Source: Acaryochloris marina MBIC11017
GTDB taxonomy: Bacteria > Cyanobacteriota > Cyanobacteriia > Thermosynechococcales > Thermosynechococcaceae
Direction of reading: 5' to 3'
Assembly (NCBI RefSeq): GCF_000018105.1
Contig: NC_009925.1
Location: 1,530,001 to 1,562,000, forward strand
Length of the DNA stretch: 32,000 nt
Part shown: piece after piece, positions 17,519 to 27,304 of the stretch
How positions within the stretch are numbered: the stretch's first letter is position 1
Layout: each line of letters opens with the position of its first letter
Made by a program: the position numbers and the translations under genes
The notes under the pieces: model-generated
The model's database searches: none
What the model was told of the DNA's origin: nothing
Seen by the model: only the letters and a program-made list of their open reading frames with translations

Positions 17519-18256
17519 ATGAAAGTGGGCGAATTAGCTCAACAAACTGGCGTCTCCGTGCGTACATTGCACCACTACGACAAGATCGGTTTACTCTCGC
17601 CCTCTCGACGCACCGAAGCAGGATATCGACTCTATGGCGATGATGACATTATTCGCTTGCAGCAAATTGTCTCATTACGTCAACTTGGTTTTTCCCTAGC
17701 GCAAATCCAAGACTGCTTGAATCAGAATGAATTTTCTCCCCATGACGTGGTGCAACTGCATCTATCCAAACTCAAAGAACACATTGAGCTACAGCAGCTA
17801 TATGCACGGCTAGAAATCATCGCTTCTCAGCTGCAGTCTACAGAAGCAATCTCAATTCAAGACTTCCTTCAATTAATAGAGGTCACAAACATGATCGAGA
17901 AATACTACACCCCAGAACAGCAAGCGCAACTTCAGGCTAGACGGGAAGCTCTAGGTGAAGAGCACATCCATCAAGCCGAGGCAGAATGGCAAACGCTAAT
18001 TGACCAAGCCCGGACTGAAATGGCAAAAGGCACGAATCCAGCCAGTGAAGCCATGCAAGTCATCGTTCAAAAATGGCAATCACTGATCCAACAGTTCACT
18101 GGGGGCGATTCAGGTATTGCCTCATCTTTACAGTCGATGTATCAACAAGAGGGGGCAGAGGTAGCGAGTAGAGGCATGGTGGATCCTGAGCTGATGGAAT
18201 TTATGGGGAAAGCGATGGCAGCCACCAAAGGCTCGGATCATACTGGCCAGGTTTAA
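17519..18256 (+). CDS. MerR family transcriptional regulator with TipAS-like C-terminal effector domain
   Basis: I call the start at ATG 17519 because MKVGELAQQTGVSVRTLHHYDKIGLLSPSRRTEAGYRLYGDDDIIRLQQIVSLRQLGFSL is a canonical MerR N-terminus. The track's TTG at 17360 and the ATG at 17453 would add a non-conserved leader and overlap the putative promoter. The C-terminal YYTPEQQAQLQARREALGEE...WQ.LI....GGD resembles the TipAS antibiotic-recognition domain. Confidence 0.85.
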   Translation: MKVGELAQQTGVSVRTLHHYDKIGLLSPSRRTEAGYRLYGDDDIIRLQQIVSLRQLGFSLAQIQDCLNQNEFSPHDVVQLHLSKLKEHIELQQLYARLEIIASQLQSTEAISIQDFLQLIEVTNMIEKYYTPEQQAQLQARREALGEEHIHQAEAEWQTLIDQARTEMAKGTNPASEAMQVIVQKWQSLIQQFTGGDSGIASSLQSMYQQEGAEVASRGMVDPELMEFMGKAMAATKGSDHTGQV

Positions 18257-18492
18257 TCGACGGGGTGAACAGTATTGCCATTGCCTGAATCGGCCATCGC
18301 TAAATGAGGGGGGTTCACCAAGCGATATCCATATCACAGAAATCTTAAGCCATCAGATTGGTATGCTTCTCAATGGCTGCCAGGAAGATTTGGGAGCTGC
18401 AATCGTTCATGCATCCCCATTTGTTTTCAACCTAGATCCTAGCTTTTCGACAGATCCTTAACAATGGAAGAGTTATCAGCATTCCACACAAA

Positions 18493-18540
18493 CACCTCAC
18501 ATGATGTGTAACTAGAGTATATTGCACATCATGTGAGGTG
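18493..18540. repeat. perfect 16-bp inverted repeat (hairpin) between convergent genes
   Basis: CACCTCACATGATGTG (18493-18508) and its exact reverse complement CACATCATGTGAGGTG (18525-18540), separated by 16 nt. No U tract lies on either side. Confidence 0.6.
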
Positions 18541-18640
18541 GAACGGATAACAATTACGGTCCCCAGATTTAAGCAACCAAAGGTTATTTGCAGCCTCGAA
18601 GTGCTGCAAACTTCAACCCAAGAACAGCAACATTAAAACA

Positions 18641-19186
18641 TCATTTGTCTCCACTGATAGGCGGTTCAATGGCCATGGATTTTGCCATCTCAATGACTTC
18701 TTCCTTTGAGGCTCCTAATTCAAGGGCACCAATCGAGTAAGTTTGACCATCCTGTTGCCAATACACATAGTTGGCTTTCCCACCCCGGCCTTGGCCAAGA
18801 GCGATGTGATACCCCTGAATCCCCTGGGCAAGCTCAACCTGTAAGCGATTCTTGCCGTTAGGTGGCCATGCCTGCTCTTGCGTAAGGATACCTGCTCCTC
18901 CGATGGTGCAGGAGGGGACTTGGCAACTCGGTTTGAAAGCCAGATATACCCCGAAACTCTGAGCATCAGTCTTCAAATAGGGATATAGCGTTACGTCTGA
19001 ATCTGGTAAATAGGCGGGTAGTCGTAGCATTCCTCCTGGGGGAAGTTGCTTACGAATTTCACTGATGACGGGTTGAAAGACGGGGGCTGGCGCTGCGGTA
19101 GCGGTGCGGATACATTCAAAGGCTTCAATCCCCACCATCGATAGACTTGATATCAATAGGGTCTGTAGCGATAGTTTCATCACCAT
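18641..19186 (-). CDS. hypothetical exported protein
   Basis: 181 aa with an N-terminal hydrophobic signal-like segment (KLSLQTLLISSLSMVGIEAF...ATAAPAP). No recognisable family. Divergent from the adjacent two-component operon. Confidence 0.65.
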   Translation of the reverse strand: MVMKLSLQTLLISSLSMVGIEAFECIRTATAAPAPVFQPVISEIRKQLPPGGMLRLPAYLPDSDVTLYPYLKTDAQSFGVYLAFKPSCQVPSCTIGGAGILTQEQAWPPNGKNRLQVELAQGIQGYHIALGQGRGGKANYVYWQQDGQTYSIGALELGASKEEVIEMAKSMAIEPPISGDK

Positions 19187-19320
19187 TCACTCCTACAAAG
19201 GTTTGCTGAGTTCAAAGTAACAACGCTGACATCTCGTGACTGGTCTCAATAGTCAAAAGAATTGATGACTTTGGTCATGTATTATCTTTGGCACAATATT
19301 GCAGGATAGAGACAGCCTAA

Positions 19321-20520
19321 GTGCAGTTTCTACCCTGCAATATGCCTACCAGTTCTGATCCACCGATTCTGTCTCGTCGGACGATACAACGTATTGATTG
19401 GCTACTCCTGCTGATGAGCTTACTGTTGGGGTGGATCGGGGGGAGCTACACGTTATCAGCACAAATATCTCAGCAGATATTGTTCTTTCATGGCGTCTTC
19501 TTCCTTTTGAGCTGGATAATTCCCCTCAAAGGTCCGTATTGGCACAAATGGACCTTTGTGTGCTTAAACAGCCTTGTATTTACCGTTTTGGCTGGCCTCA
19601 GCTTAACTTTACCGCTGCAAATGTATTGGTTTATTGCCAAAACCTGCTTTATATTGGGCTGTCAAAACGCCATTAAAACGGTGGTTGTCTTGGGTTCAAC
19701 GTATTTAGTTGCTTCACATTGGAGTCGTCCCAGGCTGCTAGCAAGGGTTGCAGAGATTGGGATTGATCGGTGGCTTGATCCCAATTACATCTTTTTCAAT
19801 CAATTGGCCTTTTACGTGGGGGCAAGCAGCTTTACACTCCTCTTTGCCTTACTGGTCATCGCTGAGCAAAAAAGCCGCCTTAAAGCAGAAGCCTTAACCA
19901 AACAGGTAGAAACCTTAGCCGCAACCCTAGAGCGGACCCGAATTGCCCGCAATATCCATGATTCCCTTGGGCACTCACTCACCACATTAGATGTGCATCT
20001 GGAGTTAGCTCAACGTCTGTATCATCAAGATTCCATTCAAACAGAACAGTCTTTACAAACCGCTAAGCAACTGGCTCAACAATGTCTAACTGAGGTCCGT
20101 CGCTCCGTACAAACAATACGGGAAGAAACTTTGAATCTTAATGAGCAGATTGCAACCCTTACGAACTCGATTGATCCCAACCACTCCTTAACCATTCAGC
20201 TTGACCTTGACTTACCGCCTCTGCCATCACAGATCGGCCATCAGCTTTACTGCATCCTTCAAGAAGGATTGACCAATGTACAGAAACACGCGGAAGCATC
20301 AAACGTAATTCTTACTGGCAAGTACGACACGGGCAAGATAAGGATTGAGTTACATGATGATGGGATAGGATTTAACCGCCATAACCATCAGTCTGGGTAT
20401 GGTCATCGGGGTATGTACGAGCGCACTCAAATCCTAGGTGGAGTGTTTACCATTCAAAGTTATCCGGGTGAAGGAACCACCTTACAGATCGTCATTCCAT
20501 ATCCGTCAGAGTCATCATGA
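19321..20520 (+). CDS. membrane sensor histidine kinase, NarL-partner type (HisKA_3 + HATPase)
   Basis: 399 aa from GTG 19321 (an in-frame ATG at 19342 is an alternative start). Multi-TM N-terminal half. HisKA_3 H-box RIARNIHDSLGHSLT. ATPase motifs EGLTNVQKHA, DDGIGF, GYGHRGMYER, GEGTTL. Confidence 0.9.
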   Translation: MQFLPCNMPTSSDPPILSRRTIQRIDWLLLLMSLLLGWIGGSYTLSAQISQQILFFHGVFFLLSWIIPLKGPYWHKWTFVCLNSLVFTVLAGLSLTLPLQMYWFIAKTCFILGCQNAIKTVVVLGSTYLVASHWSRPRLLARVAEIGIDRWLDPNYIFFNQLAFYVGASSFTLLFALLVIAEQKSRLKAEALTKQVETLAATLERTRIARNIHDSLGHSLTTLDVHLELAQRLYHQDSIQTEQSLQTAKQLAQQCLTEVRRSVQTIREETLNLNEQIATLTNSIDPNHSLTIQLDLDLPPLPSQIGHQLYCILQEGLTNVQKHAEASNVILTGKYDTGKIRIELHDDGIGFNRHNHQSGYGHRGMYERTQILGGVFTIQSYPGEGTTLQIVIPYPSESS

Positions 20521-21164
20521 TTCGGCTACTGCTTGCAGATGATCAGGCTCTATTTCGCCAAGGGCTGGCCTCACTTTTAGAGCTAGAGGAAGATTTATCC
20601 GTTGTGGGGCAGGCACAAGATGGACGAGATGCCATCCTATTGACCCAAACCCTACAGCCTGATGTGATTCTTATGGATGTACGGATGCCAATCTGTGATG
20701 GTGTGGAGGCTACCCGAGAGATCCATCAACGGTTTCCTTGGATTCGTATTTTGGTCTTGACCACCTTTGATGAAGACGAATATATCTGGACATCATTGCA
20801 GGCAGGGGCTTTGGGTTATTTACTGAAGAGTACACCCGCTAGTCAGCTTGCAGCAGCAATACGGATGCTGCACGATGGCCACTTTCAACTCGGACCGACT
20901 ATTGCCCCAAAGGTGATTGCCCAATTGCGCCCCCCTCCTCTCAAAAATGAGCAAAACCACTTGGAACGGTTGAGTGACCGCGAACTGGATGTCCTTAACT
21001 TGATCGGCCAGGGCAAGAGTAATCGGGAAATCTCACAGATTTTGCATTTAACCGAAGGCACCGTTAAAAATTATGTGAGTCAGTTGTTAGGGAGTTTGGG
21101 GGTTCGTGATCGCACCCAAGCGGCCCTATGGGCACAGCAATATCTATCCCCACCTCAAACGTAA
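20517..21164 (+). CDS. NarL/LuxR-family response regulator (REC + LuxR HTH)
   Basis: 215 aa. IRLLLADDQALFRQG...DVILMDVRMPICDGVEAT...ILVLTTFDEDEY...GALGYLLK, then LSDRELDVLNLIGQGKSNREISQILHLTEGTVKNYVSQLL. A 4-nt ATGA overlap with the kinase gene. Confidence 0.95.
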   Translation: MIRLLLADDQALFRQGLASLLELEEDLSVVGQAQDGRDAILLTQTLQPDVILMDVRMPICDGVEATREIHQRFPWIRILVLTTFDEDEYIWTSLQAGALGYLLKSTPASQLAAAIRMLHDGHFQLGPTIAPKVIAQLRPPPLKNEQNHLERLSDRELDVLNLIGQGKSNREISQILHLTEGTVKNYVSQLLGSLGVRDRTQAALWAQQYLSPPQT

Positions 21165-21282
21165 ATGGCTGATGCCAAATAGAAGAAGTGACGAATGTCA
21201 CCTTTATCTATGACTTTTAGGAGCGGTAGAACCTATCAGCCAACCCCTAAGGTAATCAGGAGATGATCCACCGTAGGTTTAT

Positions 21283-21669
21283 ATGATGCTTCAGTTCATT
21301 CGTTGTGTTGGTTTTGGCTTACTCGTTACAACACTCAGTTGGGGGCAAGCTGCACAGGCAAGCACCTGTAACTTTACCCAATGGTCAGGGGGGATTGAGT
21401 TTGGCCATTGTCCCAATCCTGGATTGCAGATAGGTCGTTCAGCATTTACTGGAATTTCAAAGAGGGAGGAAGAGATTTTTAGAATTAGTATGATTCGTCG
21501 GTTTGATGGGGTTGTAGCTAAGTACAATGCAGCATTTCCTGCTGTTTATGCCCATCGGGAAAGACAACAGAGAGTATTGGCTAAGATTTCAAGTAATGAA
21601 GGGCCAGGTTTAATGAAATTGTCAGGGGCGGTTAGCCAAGTTGATCAAAATCGCCATATTAACCCCTAA
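21283..21669 (+). CDS. hypothetical exported protein
   Basis: 128 aa with a signal peptide (FGLLVTTLSWGQAAQAS). No recognisable family. Confidence 0.6.
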   Translation: MMLQFIRCVGFGLLVTTLSWGQAAQASTCNFTQWSGGIEFGHCPNPGLQIGRSAFTGISKREEEIFRISMIRRFDGVVAKYNAAFPAVYAHRERQQRVLAKISSNEGPGLMKLSGAVSQVDQNRHINP

Positions 21670-21780
21670 ACATTGTTGATAGGCGACAATTGCATAAACC
21701 GAATACATGACCGCCTGACAATTACGTAGCCTCTTTAAAAATCAGAATCTAGTTGTTGAATGTCAATATATAAAGGTAGA

Positions 21781-22290
21781 TCACTTAAATCCACTGTCCT
21801 GACCTAAACTCATGCGAGTACCTATCGTTTCAAAACCTTGCGATTGATAAAATTTTAAGGCTGATGAGTTGGAAGTGTACATATCAAACCAAATCCATTT
21901 CAGGTTTTCGACTTCTTGAGCAAACCGTTTCATGGTAGAAATCAGCTGACTACCGACTCCTTTTCTACGAAATTCCTTCACTACATAGATTTGGTGCAAA
22001 TAGATATTTTTTCTGGCATGGGAAAAGATCGTTTCTGCCCGTTCACAAACCTCAAAGTGGATATACCCCACCAGTTGGTCATCAGTCACTGCAACATAGA
22101 TAAATTCTTGCTCAACCCCTATTTTCTCTTCTAAATACTCCCTAGCATGATCCACCCGTAGGGGGCGATGGATATCTGGGTGTGATTGCACCGCTATTTG
22201 GCTGAGATCAATCATCAAATTGGCGACAGCACAAATATCAGGCTGCTCTATGGGTCGAATAATGGGGCCAACTACCGCTGTACTCTCCAC
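21781..22290 (-). CDS. GNAT family N-acetyltransferase
   Basis: 169 aa with acetyl-CoA motif A: IYVVKEFRRKGVGSQLISTMKRFAQE...ALKFYQSQGF. Confidence 0.85.
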   Translation of the reverse strand: MESTAVVGPIIRPIEQPDICAVANLMIDLSQIAVQSHPDIHRPLRVDHAREYLEEKIGVEQEFIYVAVTDDQLVGYIHFEVCERAETIFSHARKNIYLHQIYVVKEFRRKGVGSQLISTMKRFAQEVENLKWIWFDMYTSNSSALKFYQSQGFETIGTRMSLGQDSGFK

Positions 22291-22375
22291 GGTCCACTCA
22301 CCTATTTATTTTTATGTTCTATGGTATTTCCAACTTGAGAGATGGCAACCCCTCTCGATTGCCAATTCTCAAAAT

Positions 22376-23068
22376 CTATCCTTCATTCGTAGCTGTTTGC
22401 TCTGTAGGAAGTCGGCGAGATACAACGGCAAAAAAGGGATCGCTTCCCCCTAATCCCATCCAAGATAAGAGGGTCGATTGAGGCGTTTGATTCGATACCA
22501 CCTGGGGTTCACTCAAGCCTTCGACAGATCCCATATAGGATCGCACCAGTTGGACCCGCTGAGCATCCGTTCCGTCTCGCCAAGCCTGGATCGCTTTTTG
22601 ATAAAACATGCGGTTGGAGAAACTGACAATCACCACACCACCAGGCTTCAGCACTCGATGGATTTCGCTAAAAATGGCTTCAGGATATTGCAAATACTGG
22701 ACAGAAACGGCGATCAATACCGCATCAAAGGTCTGATCGGCTTGAGGAAGCTGCAGCTCTTGATTGAGATTTTGGACGAAACACTCATCAAAGCGAGGAT
22801 TCTTGGCCAGCTCTTCAGCATTTAGACCATGGCCCACCACCTGATCAAACTTGATATCCTCTGGCAAATGAGACACCCAGCTACTCATCAAATCTAAGAT
22901 GGTAAATCCTGGCTGGAGATGCTGCCGATACAGATCCGTGAGTTGTTGAATAAACCCATCATCAACATGGGTGACAAAACGCGGATAATCATAGAAAAAC
23001 TGATCATCGCCATTGTCTAGCTTGGTTCGTTGATGGGGTTGCAGCAACATAGTCAGGTCAAAATACAC
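22376..23068 (-). CDS. class I SAM-dependent methyltransferase
   Basis: 230 aa. Motif I-like ILDLMSSWVSHLP, FDAVLIAVSVQYL, LKPGGVVIVSFSNR (Methyltransf_11-like). Confidence 0.85.
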   Translation of the reverse strand: MYFDLTMLLQPHQRTKLDNGDDQFFYDYPRFVTHVDDGFIQQLTDLYRQHLQPGFTILDLMSSWVSHLPEDIKFDQVVGHGLNAEELAKNPRFDECFVQNLNQELQLPQADQTFDAVLIAVSVQYLQYPEAIFSEIHRVLKPGGVVIVSFSNRMFYQKAIQAWRDGTDAQRVQLVRSYMGSVEGLSEPQVVSNQTPQSTLLSWMGLGGSDPFFAVVSRRLPTEQTATNEG

Positions 23069-23225
23069 TCCAGAGATAGGCCCCAGTCTTCATCACAAAG
23101 ACTCAGTCAAAGCCCAAGGCTTACCTCAAAGTGTAAAAGAATATGATTCACAGGTGTGTTGCCCTCTATTGGTTAGGCGAGAACACCCCGACAAAGATAA
23201 GGAATCAAGCTCTAGCAGCAATAAG

Positions 23226-23837
23226 CTAGAGACGCTTACAGAGCAGTAGTCGTTTGGGAGAAGCAAACAGAATATTGGGCCAAGACGGTGGGCTGTCTAT
23301 GAGTTGATATCCCGCTTTCGCATAGAGCCGACGAGCCGGGGTATTGTCATCCATCACATGGAGATAAAGGCGGTGATGTCCCCACTGACGAACCATTTCT
23401 TCACAGGCAAATAAGAGCTGCTTGCCCACTCCCTGACAACGACATTGAGGTGCCACTGCCAGATTGGAGATATAGGGCACAGACGGAGCAAAGGGCATCC
23501 AAGGCGACAAGGATTTTAGAGACACCTCAACGGTACCCACCAGTTCCGACTCTACGGACGACTCCCGAGCAATTTGAGCACCAATCAAGCTCGTAAACGG
23601 CATCAGGCGGACGCTGTAGCGGGACTGCAGATCGTGAAAGATACCCATTTGCATAATGGGGTTAAACCAGGACTGCCAGCCTTCCTGAGGATAGAAACAC
23701 CGACAGAGGAGGGCCGCCACCTCAGACAAATCTTTTGGTTTTAAAGTACGCAGTCGAAATGAGGCATCCACTCGACTGATATATCGAGCACCGTCAATGG
23801 CGGAGTCTTTGGAACGAAAAATACCTAAATCTGCCAC
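23226..23837 (-). CDS. GNAT family N-acetyltransferase
   Basis: 203 aa. ISNLAVAPQCRCQGVGKQLLFACEEMVRQWGHHRLYLHVMDDNTPARRLYAKAGY (Q/RxxGxG/A motif A plus motif B). Confidence 0.85.
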   Translation of the reverse strand: MADLGIFRSKDSAIDGARYISRVDASFRLRTLKPKDLSEVAALLCRCFYPQEGWQSWFNPIMQMGIFHDLQSRYSVRLMPFTSLIGAQIARESSVESELVGTVEVSLKSLSPWMPFAPSVPYISNLAVAPQCRCQGVGKQLLFACEEMVRQWGHHRLYLHVMDDNTPARRLYAKAGYQLIDSPPSWPNILFASPKRLLLCKRL

Positions 23838-23951
23838 GAATCTCTATAGAAACTGCACGAAACAATCTGAGTCTTAAAGCAGGAATGCCAGCCATTATAA
23901 GGTGATCTCCCTAGGGAAAGCCTTACAATTTCTTTACGGAGTGTCCAAGCC

Positions 23952-24842
23952 TTAGGGAGAGGTACTTGCAGACGTTCCGTCATCGGTTTCAACGTCTAGT
24001 TCACTCAAGGCAGCCTGAATTTCAGGGGTCGCAAACACCACTTTAGTATCCGCAATCAACTTTTCGCCCCAGAGGTTCTCTTCGAGGAAGGCTACCTTGC
24101 CATAGCGTCCATCCAATTTCAGGGCAGACATAGCTAAAGACAGCCCTTCTTCTTTATCGCCTTCGACATAAGTCGCGACAGCAAGGGCCAACTTTGGTTC
24201 ACCGGATTTCTGATCAATCTCAATCGCCGCTTTCCACTGCTTAATAGCTCGGCTAACCTCACCCTTTTCGTATTGGACTAAGCCAATATTATTGATGGCG
24301 GGCCAGAATTTTTCGTTTTGATCTAAGGATTTCTCATACTGTTTGATGGCATCTTTCAATTTACCCATTTTGTAAAAGGTATTGCCTAAATCAAACAGGG
24401 CTTCTGGAACGTCCGGCTTAATTTTGAGGCCCATGGTCAACAGTTGGGCCGCTTGTTCATATTTCTCTTGGCCAAAGTAGGCAGCACCTAGACTGAAATG
24501 AACCCCTGCATTTTTGGCATTTAAGGTTCTGGATTTTTCTAGCGCAGAAATCCCTTTATCGACTTCTTTTTGGCTGAGGTATAACCCTCCCAACAAGGCC
24601 CAGGCATCTGCAGACTTAGGAGCGAGTTGGGTTGCCAATTTGACGCGAGCTAGAGCAGGTTCAACTTGCTGAAATTGGCTCAGGTAAACCGCTTCTTTGA
24701 ATAAGACCAGCCCCGTTTTCTCGAGTTCTTTGGAATCGAGTTTAAGGGTCCGAGGCACAACTGCCTGTCCTAAGGCAGGTTGGGCAACAGCACCAAGACC
24801 TACGGCTAGGAAAAGCGAAAGTAGAGTTGAACGTTGAAGCAC
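23952..24842 (-). CDS. exported tetratricopeptide-repeat (TPR) protein
   Basis: 296 aa. Signal peptide LLSLFLAVGLGAVAQPALGQA, then about 6 TPR units (e.g. ADAWALLGGLYLSQKEVDKGISALEKSRTLNAKN; PEALFDLGNTFYKMGKLKDAIKQYEKSLDQNEKF). Confidence 0.85.
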   Translation of the reverse strand: MLQRSTLLSLFLAVGLGAVAQPALGQAVVPRTLKLDSKELEKTGLVLFKEAVYLSQFQQVEPALARVKLATQLAPKSADAWALLGGLYLSQKEVDKGISALEKSRTLNAKNAGVHFSLGAAYFGQEKYEQAAQLLTMGLKIKPDVPEALFDLGNTFYKMGKLKDAIKQYEKSLDQNEKFWPAINNIGLVQYEKGEVSRAIKQWKAAIEIDQKSGEPKLALAVATYVEGDKEEGLSLAMSALKLDGRYGKVAFLEENLWGEKLIADTKVVFATPEIQAALSELDVETDDGTSASTSP

Positions 24843-25080
24843 AGCAGATGCCCAAATATAACGTATTCATAAGTTAGCTTAGCTCAGATTTTCAGCTCTT
24901 GACTGAAACCGTTACAGACTATTGATTGTGAAAAGGGAATCAGCCATTGCATAGGTCCCTTCCTATTCCAGATTCTTCACCCCAACAATTGACGTTTACC
25001 GTTATGATTCGGTTGTTAGAATTATTAAGTCTTGTACACATTCAATTGGCAACGAGGGTACCTTGGTGGATAGTCAAACG

Positions 25081-25242
25081 ATGCGCGATCGCATTGCCTT
25101 ATTGGAATCAAAACGTGGGTTATTGGTGCAGCTACTCGAGCAACCCGATTTAGGCACCCTCCGCATTGACGTCAATCAGGCCCTGGAGGAAATGGATGAC
25201 CTGATTGATGAATTCAGAAAAACCTTTCCTGCTAATGCCTAG
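25081..25242 (+). CDS. possible small helical protein (53 aa) upstream of selU
   Basis: ATG 25081 to TAG 25240-25242: MRDRIALLESKRGLLVQLLEQPDLGTLRIDVNQALEEMDDLIDEFRKTFPANA. It is below the track's length cut-off, lies 16 nt upstream of selU, and has amphipathic-helix character. There is no independent support. Confidence 0.35.
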   Translation: MRDRIALLESKRGLLVQLLEQPDLGTLRIDVNQALEEMDDLIDEFRKTFPANA

Positions 25243-25258
25243 AGACTGCTAGACCTGG

Positions 25259-26326
25259 ATGCCCCTCACCCCCAACATCACAGCCGATATTTGCCCACAA
25301 CTATATAGCGAAATTATCGATGTACGATCCCCCGCTGAATATGCGGAAGATCACCTCCCCGGTGCCATCAATTTGCCCGTACTCACGGATCAAGAACGAG
25401 CTGAGGTGGGGACGCTATATAAGCAAGTGTCGGCATTTGTGGCCCGCAAGAAGGGGGCGGCACTGGTCTCTCAAAATCTCTCTTATCACCTCAAGCACCA
25501 CTTTGCAGATCACCCCAAGGGGTATCACCCGTTAATTTACTGCTGGCGTGGGGGACAGCGATCCCAAAGTATGGCCCTGGTACTCACCCAGGTGGGATGG
25601 CGTACAACCCTTTTGAAAGGGGGATATAAGACCTATCGCACCTATGTCCGAGAACAGCTAGAACAGGTGCCGTATCACTTTTCGTATCGTGTATTGTGCG
25701 GACTCACGGGCACTGCCAAAACGGAGATTTTGCAGCGTTTGGCTCAAGCTCAGGTGCAGGTCCTGGATTTAGAAGGATTGGCCAACCATCGGGGCTCGTT
25801 ATTAGGAGCAGCAGAAACCTCTGCCCAACCCTCTCAAAAGCAATTTGAATCGGATTTACTGTCGGCCCTCCAAACCTTCGATACCGCCCACCCGGTTTGG
25901 ATCGAGGCAGAAAGCAATAAAATCGGTGAGCGCTTTGTCCCCAAGGCTCTCTGGGACCAAATGCAAGCTGCTCCTTGTGTCGAAGTCCAAGCCCCCATGA
26001 GCAGTCGAGTGGACTGGTTGGTGACCCACTACGAGCATTTCACCCATAATTCCGCTTTACTCAAAGACAAGCTCAATTTACTCCGACGCAGTTACAGCAA
26101 AGCCCAACTGCAGCACTGGCATAACCTCATCGACGAGCAACAGTGGCCAGCATTCGTTCAGTCTCTGTTGGAAGAGCATTATGATCCGGCCTATCGCCGA
26201 TCGATGAAGCGCCAATATACCAATATCCAGCAGCAACATCAGCTACCTGATTTATCAGCCACCAGTTTGCAACAGTTGGTGAACCAACTCGCTACAAACT
26301 GCAATCAGCCTGCTACGACCGTGTGA
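25259..26326 (+). CDS. selU: tRNA 2-selenouridine(34) synthase
   Basis: 355 aa. N-terminal rhodanese domain with IDVRSPAEYAEDHLPGAINLPVL.D.ERAEVGTLYKQ and active-site loop YCWRGGQRS. P-loop GLTGTAKT. LDLEGLANHRGSLLG. This is collinear with E. coli YbbB/SelU as I remember it. Confidence 0.92.
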   Translation: MPLTPNITADICPQLYSEIIDVRSPAEYAEDHLPGAINLPVLTDQERAEVGTLYKQVSAFVARKKGAALVSQNLSYHLKHHFADHPKGYHPLIYCWRGGQRSQSMALVLTQVGWRTTLLKGGYKTYRTYVREQLEQVPYHFSYRVLCGLTGTAKTEILQRLAQAQVQVLDLEGLANHRGSLLGAAETSAQPSQKQFESDLLSALQTFDTAHPVWIEAESNKIGERFVPKALWDQMQAAPCVEVQAPMSSRVDWLVTHYEHFTHNSALLKDKLNLLRRSYSKAQLQHWHNLIDEQQWPAFVQSLLEEHYDPAYRRSMKRQYTNIQQQHQLPDLSATSLQQLVNQLATNCNQPATTV

Positions 26327-26615
26327 GCAAGATCATCTGCTCTTGATGATTGAGATCAACGGTCCCCAGTAATGCACATCCTAGGATTGGACTAACACAT
26401 AACAAAACCAACGCCTCAACCTAGCGTGACCTAAAGAATAGAGGCATATGGGGGGTACCAATCAAAGCGAAACCCTTAGAGTTTCCCCTGATTTGGTTCA
26501 ACGCTGATTTACGTAAGGGACTCAATCCAACTGAATCCATTGGGTCGATGACCGTCTCAATTCCGAGAATCATCTGCTGAGTCCCGGGTTTTTATCCAGA
26601 TTATTTGAATCCATC

Positions 26616-27302
26616 ATGAATTATTCTGCGACCTTTCTCAGTTTGCTGAAAGACCGTCAATCCTTCCTGCAAGAAATTCACGATCGCAAACGGTTACACA
26701 GTAAAATTTCGGCCTTATTGCTCTGTAGTTTTTGCTGCTTTGCCATCTACGGCGGCATTGTGGGTTCCTTTCATAGCCCCATGCAGGCCCTGTCATCGGC
26801 GGTTAAGTTGCCTGCTCTCTATCTGATTACCCTGGTGGTTTGTTTGCCCGCCCTCTATATTTTTAATGCCCTCTTCGGCTCCCAGAAAACCCTGGCCCAG
26901 CATTTTACCTATGTCCTGAGTGCCGCTTCTGTGATCTCTATTCTGCTCTGCGGGTTTGCTCCCGTTACGCTCTTCTTTGTCATTACCATTTCTCCCATCA
27001 AAGACTACGCTTTCTACCAGCTTCTAAATGTGGTGATTTTTGCCCTGACAGGAGTGTTTGGGGTGACCTTCCTCTATCAGGCTATGCGGCCAGCCGATGA
27101 AGATAGCGCCAACTATAAGCTCCGACTGACAATCTTGAGATTGTGGTTAGGACTCTATGGCATCGTTGGTAGCCAGTTGGGATGGATTCTGCGACCCTTC
27201 TTCGGTTCTCCTGGCCAGTTCGAATGGTTTCGAGCCAGAGAAGGCAATTTTCTGACTGGGGTTTGGAATGCCCTAGCGAATCTTCTGGGCAGTGCTGGAT
27301 AG
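26616..27302 (+). CDS. multi-pass membrane protein of unknown function
   Basis: 228 aa with about 5 TM helices (ALLLCSFCCFAIYGGIVG; LPALYLITLVVCLPALYIF; VLSAASVISILLCGFAPVTLFFV; LLNVVIFALTGVFGVTFLY; LWLGLYGIVGSQLGWIL). Conserved-looking tail RPFFGSPGQFEWFR. Confidence 0.75.
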   Translation: MNYSATFLSLLKDRQSFLQEIHDRKRLHSKISALLLCSFCCFAIYGGIVGSFHSPMQALSSAVKLPALYLITLVVCLPALYIFNALFGSQKTLAQHFTYVLSAASVISILLCGFAPVTLFFVITISPIKDYAFYQLLNVVIFALTGVFGVTFLYQAMRPADEDSANYKLRLTILRLWLGLYGIVGSQLGWILRPFFGSPGQFEWFRAREGNFLTGVWNALANLLGSAG

Positions 27303-27304
27303 GG

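Noticed and set aside
24947-25153. 68-aa plus-strand ORF with a TTG start.
   Set aside because: Odd composition (W/Y/C-rich), a TTG start and no motifs. A different frame, 25081-25242, gives a more protein-like product. Probably non-coding promoter region.
27182-27304. The track's start at 27182 for the second membrane protein.
   Set aside because: It would overlap the preceding gene by 121 nt in another frame. The ATGATG at 27305, directly after the upstream stop, gives a sensible operon junction.
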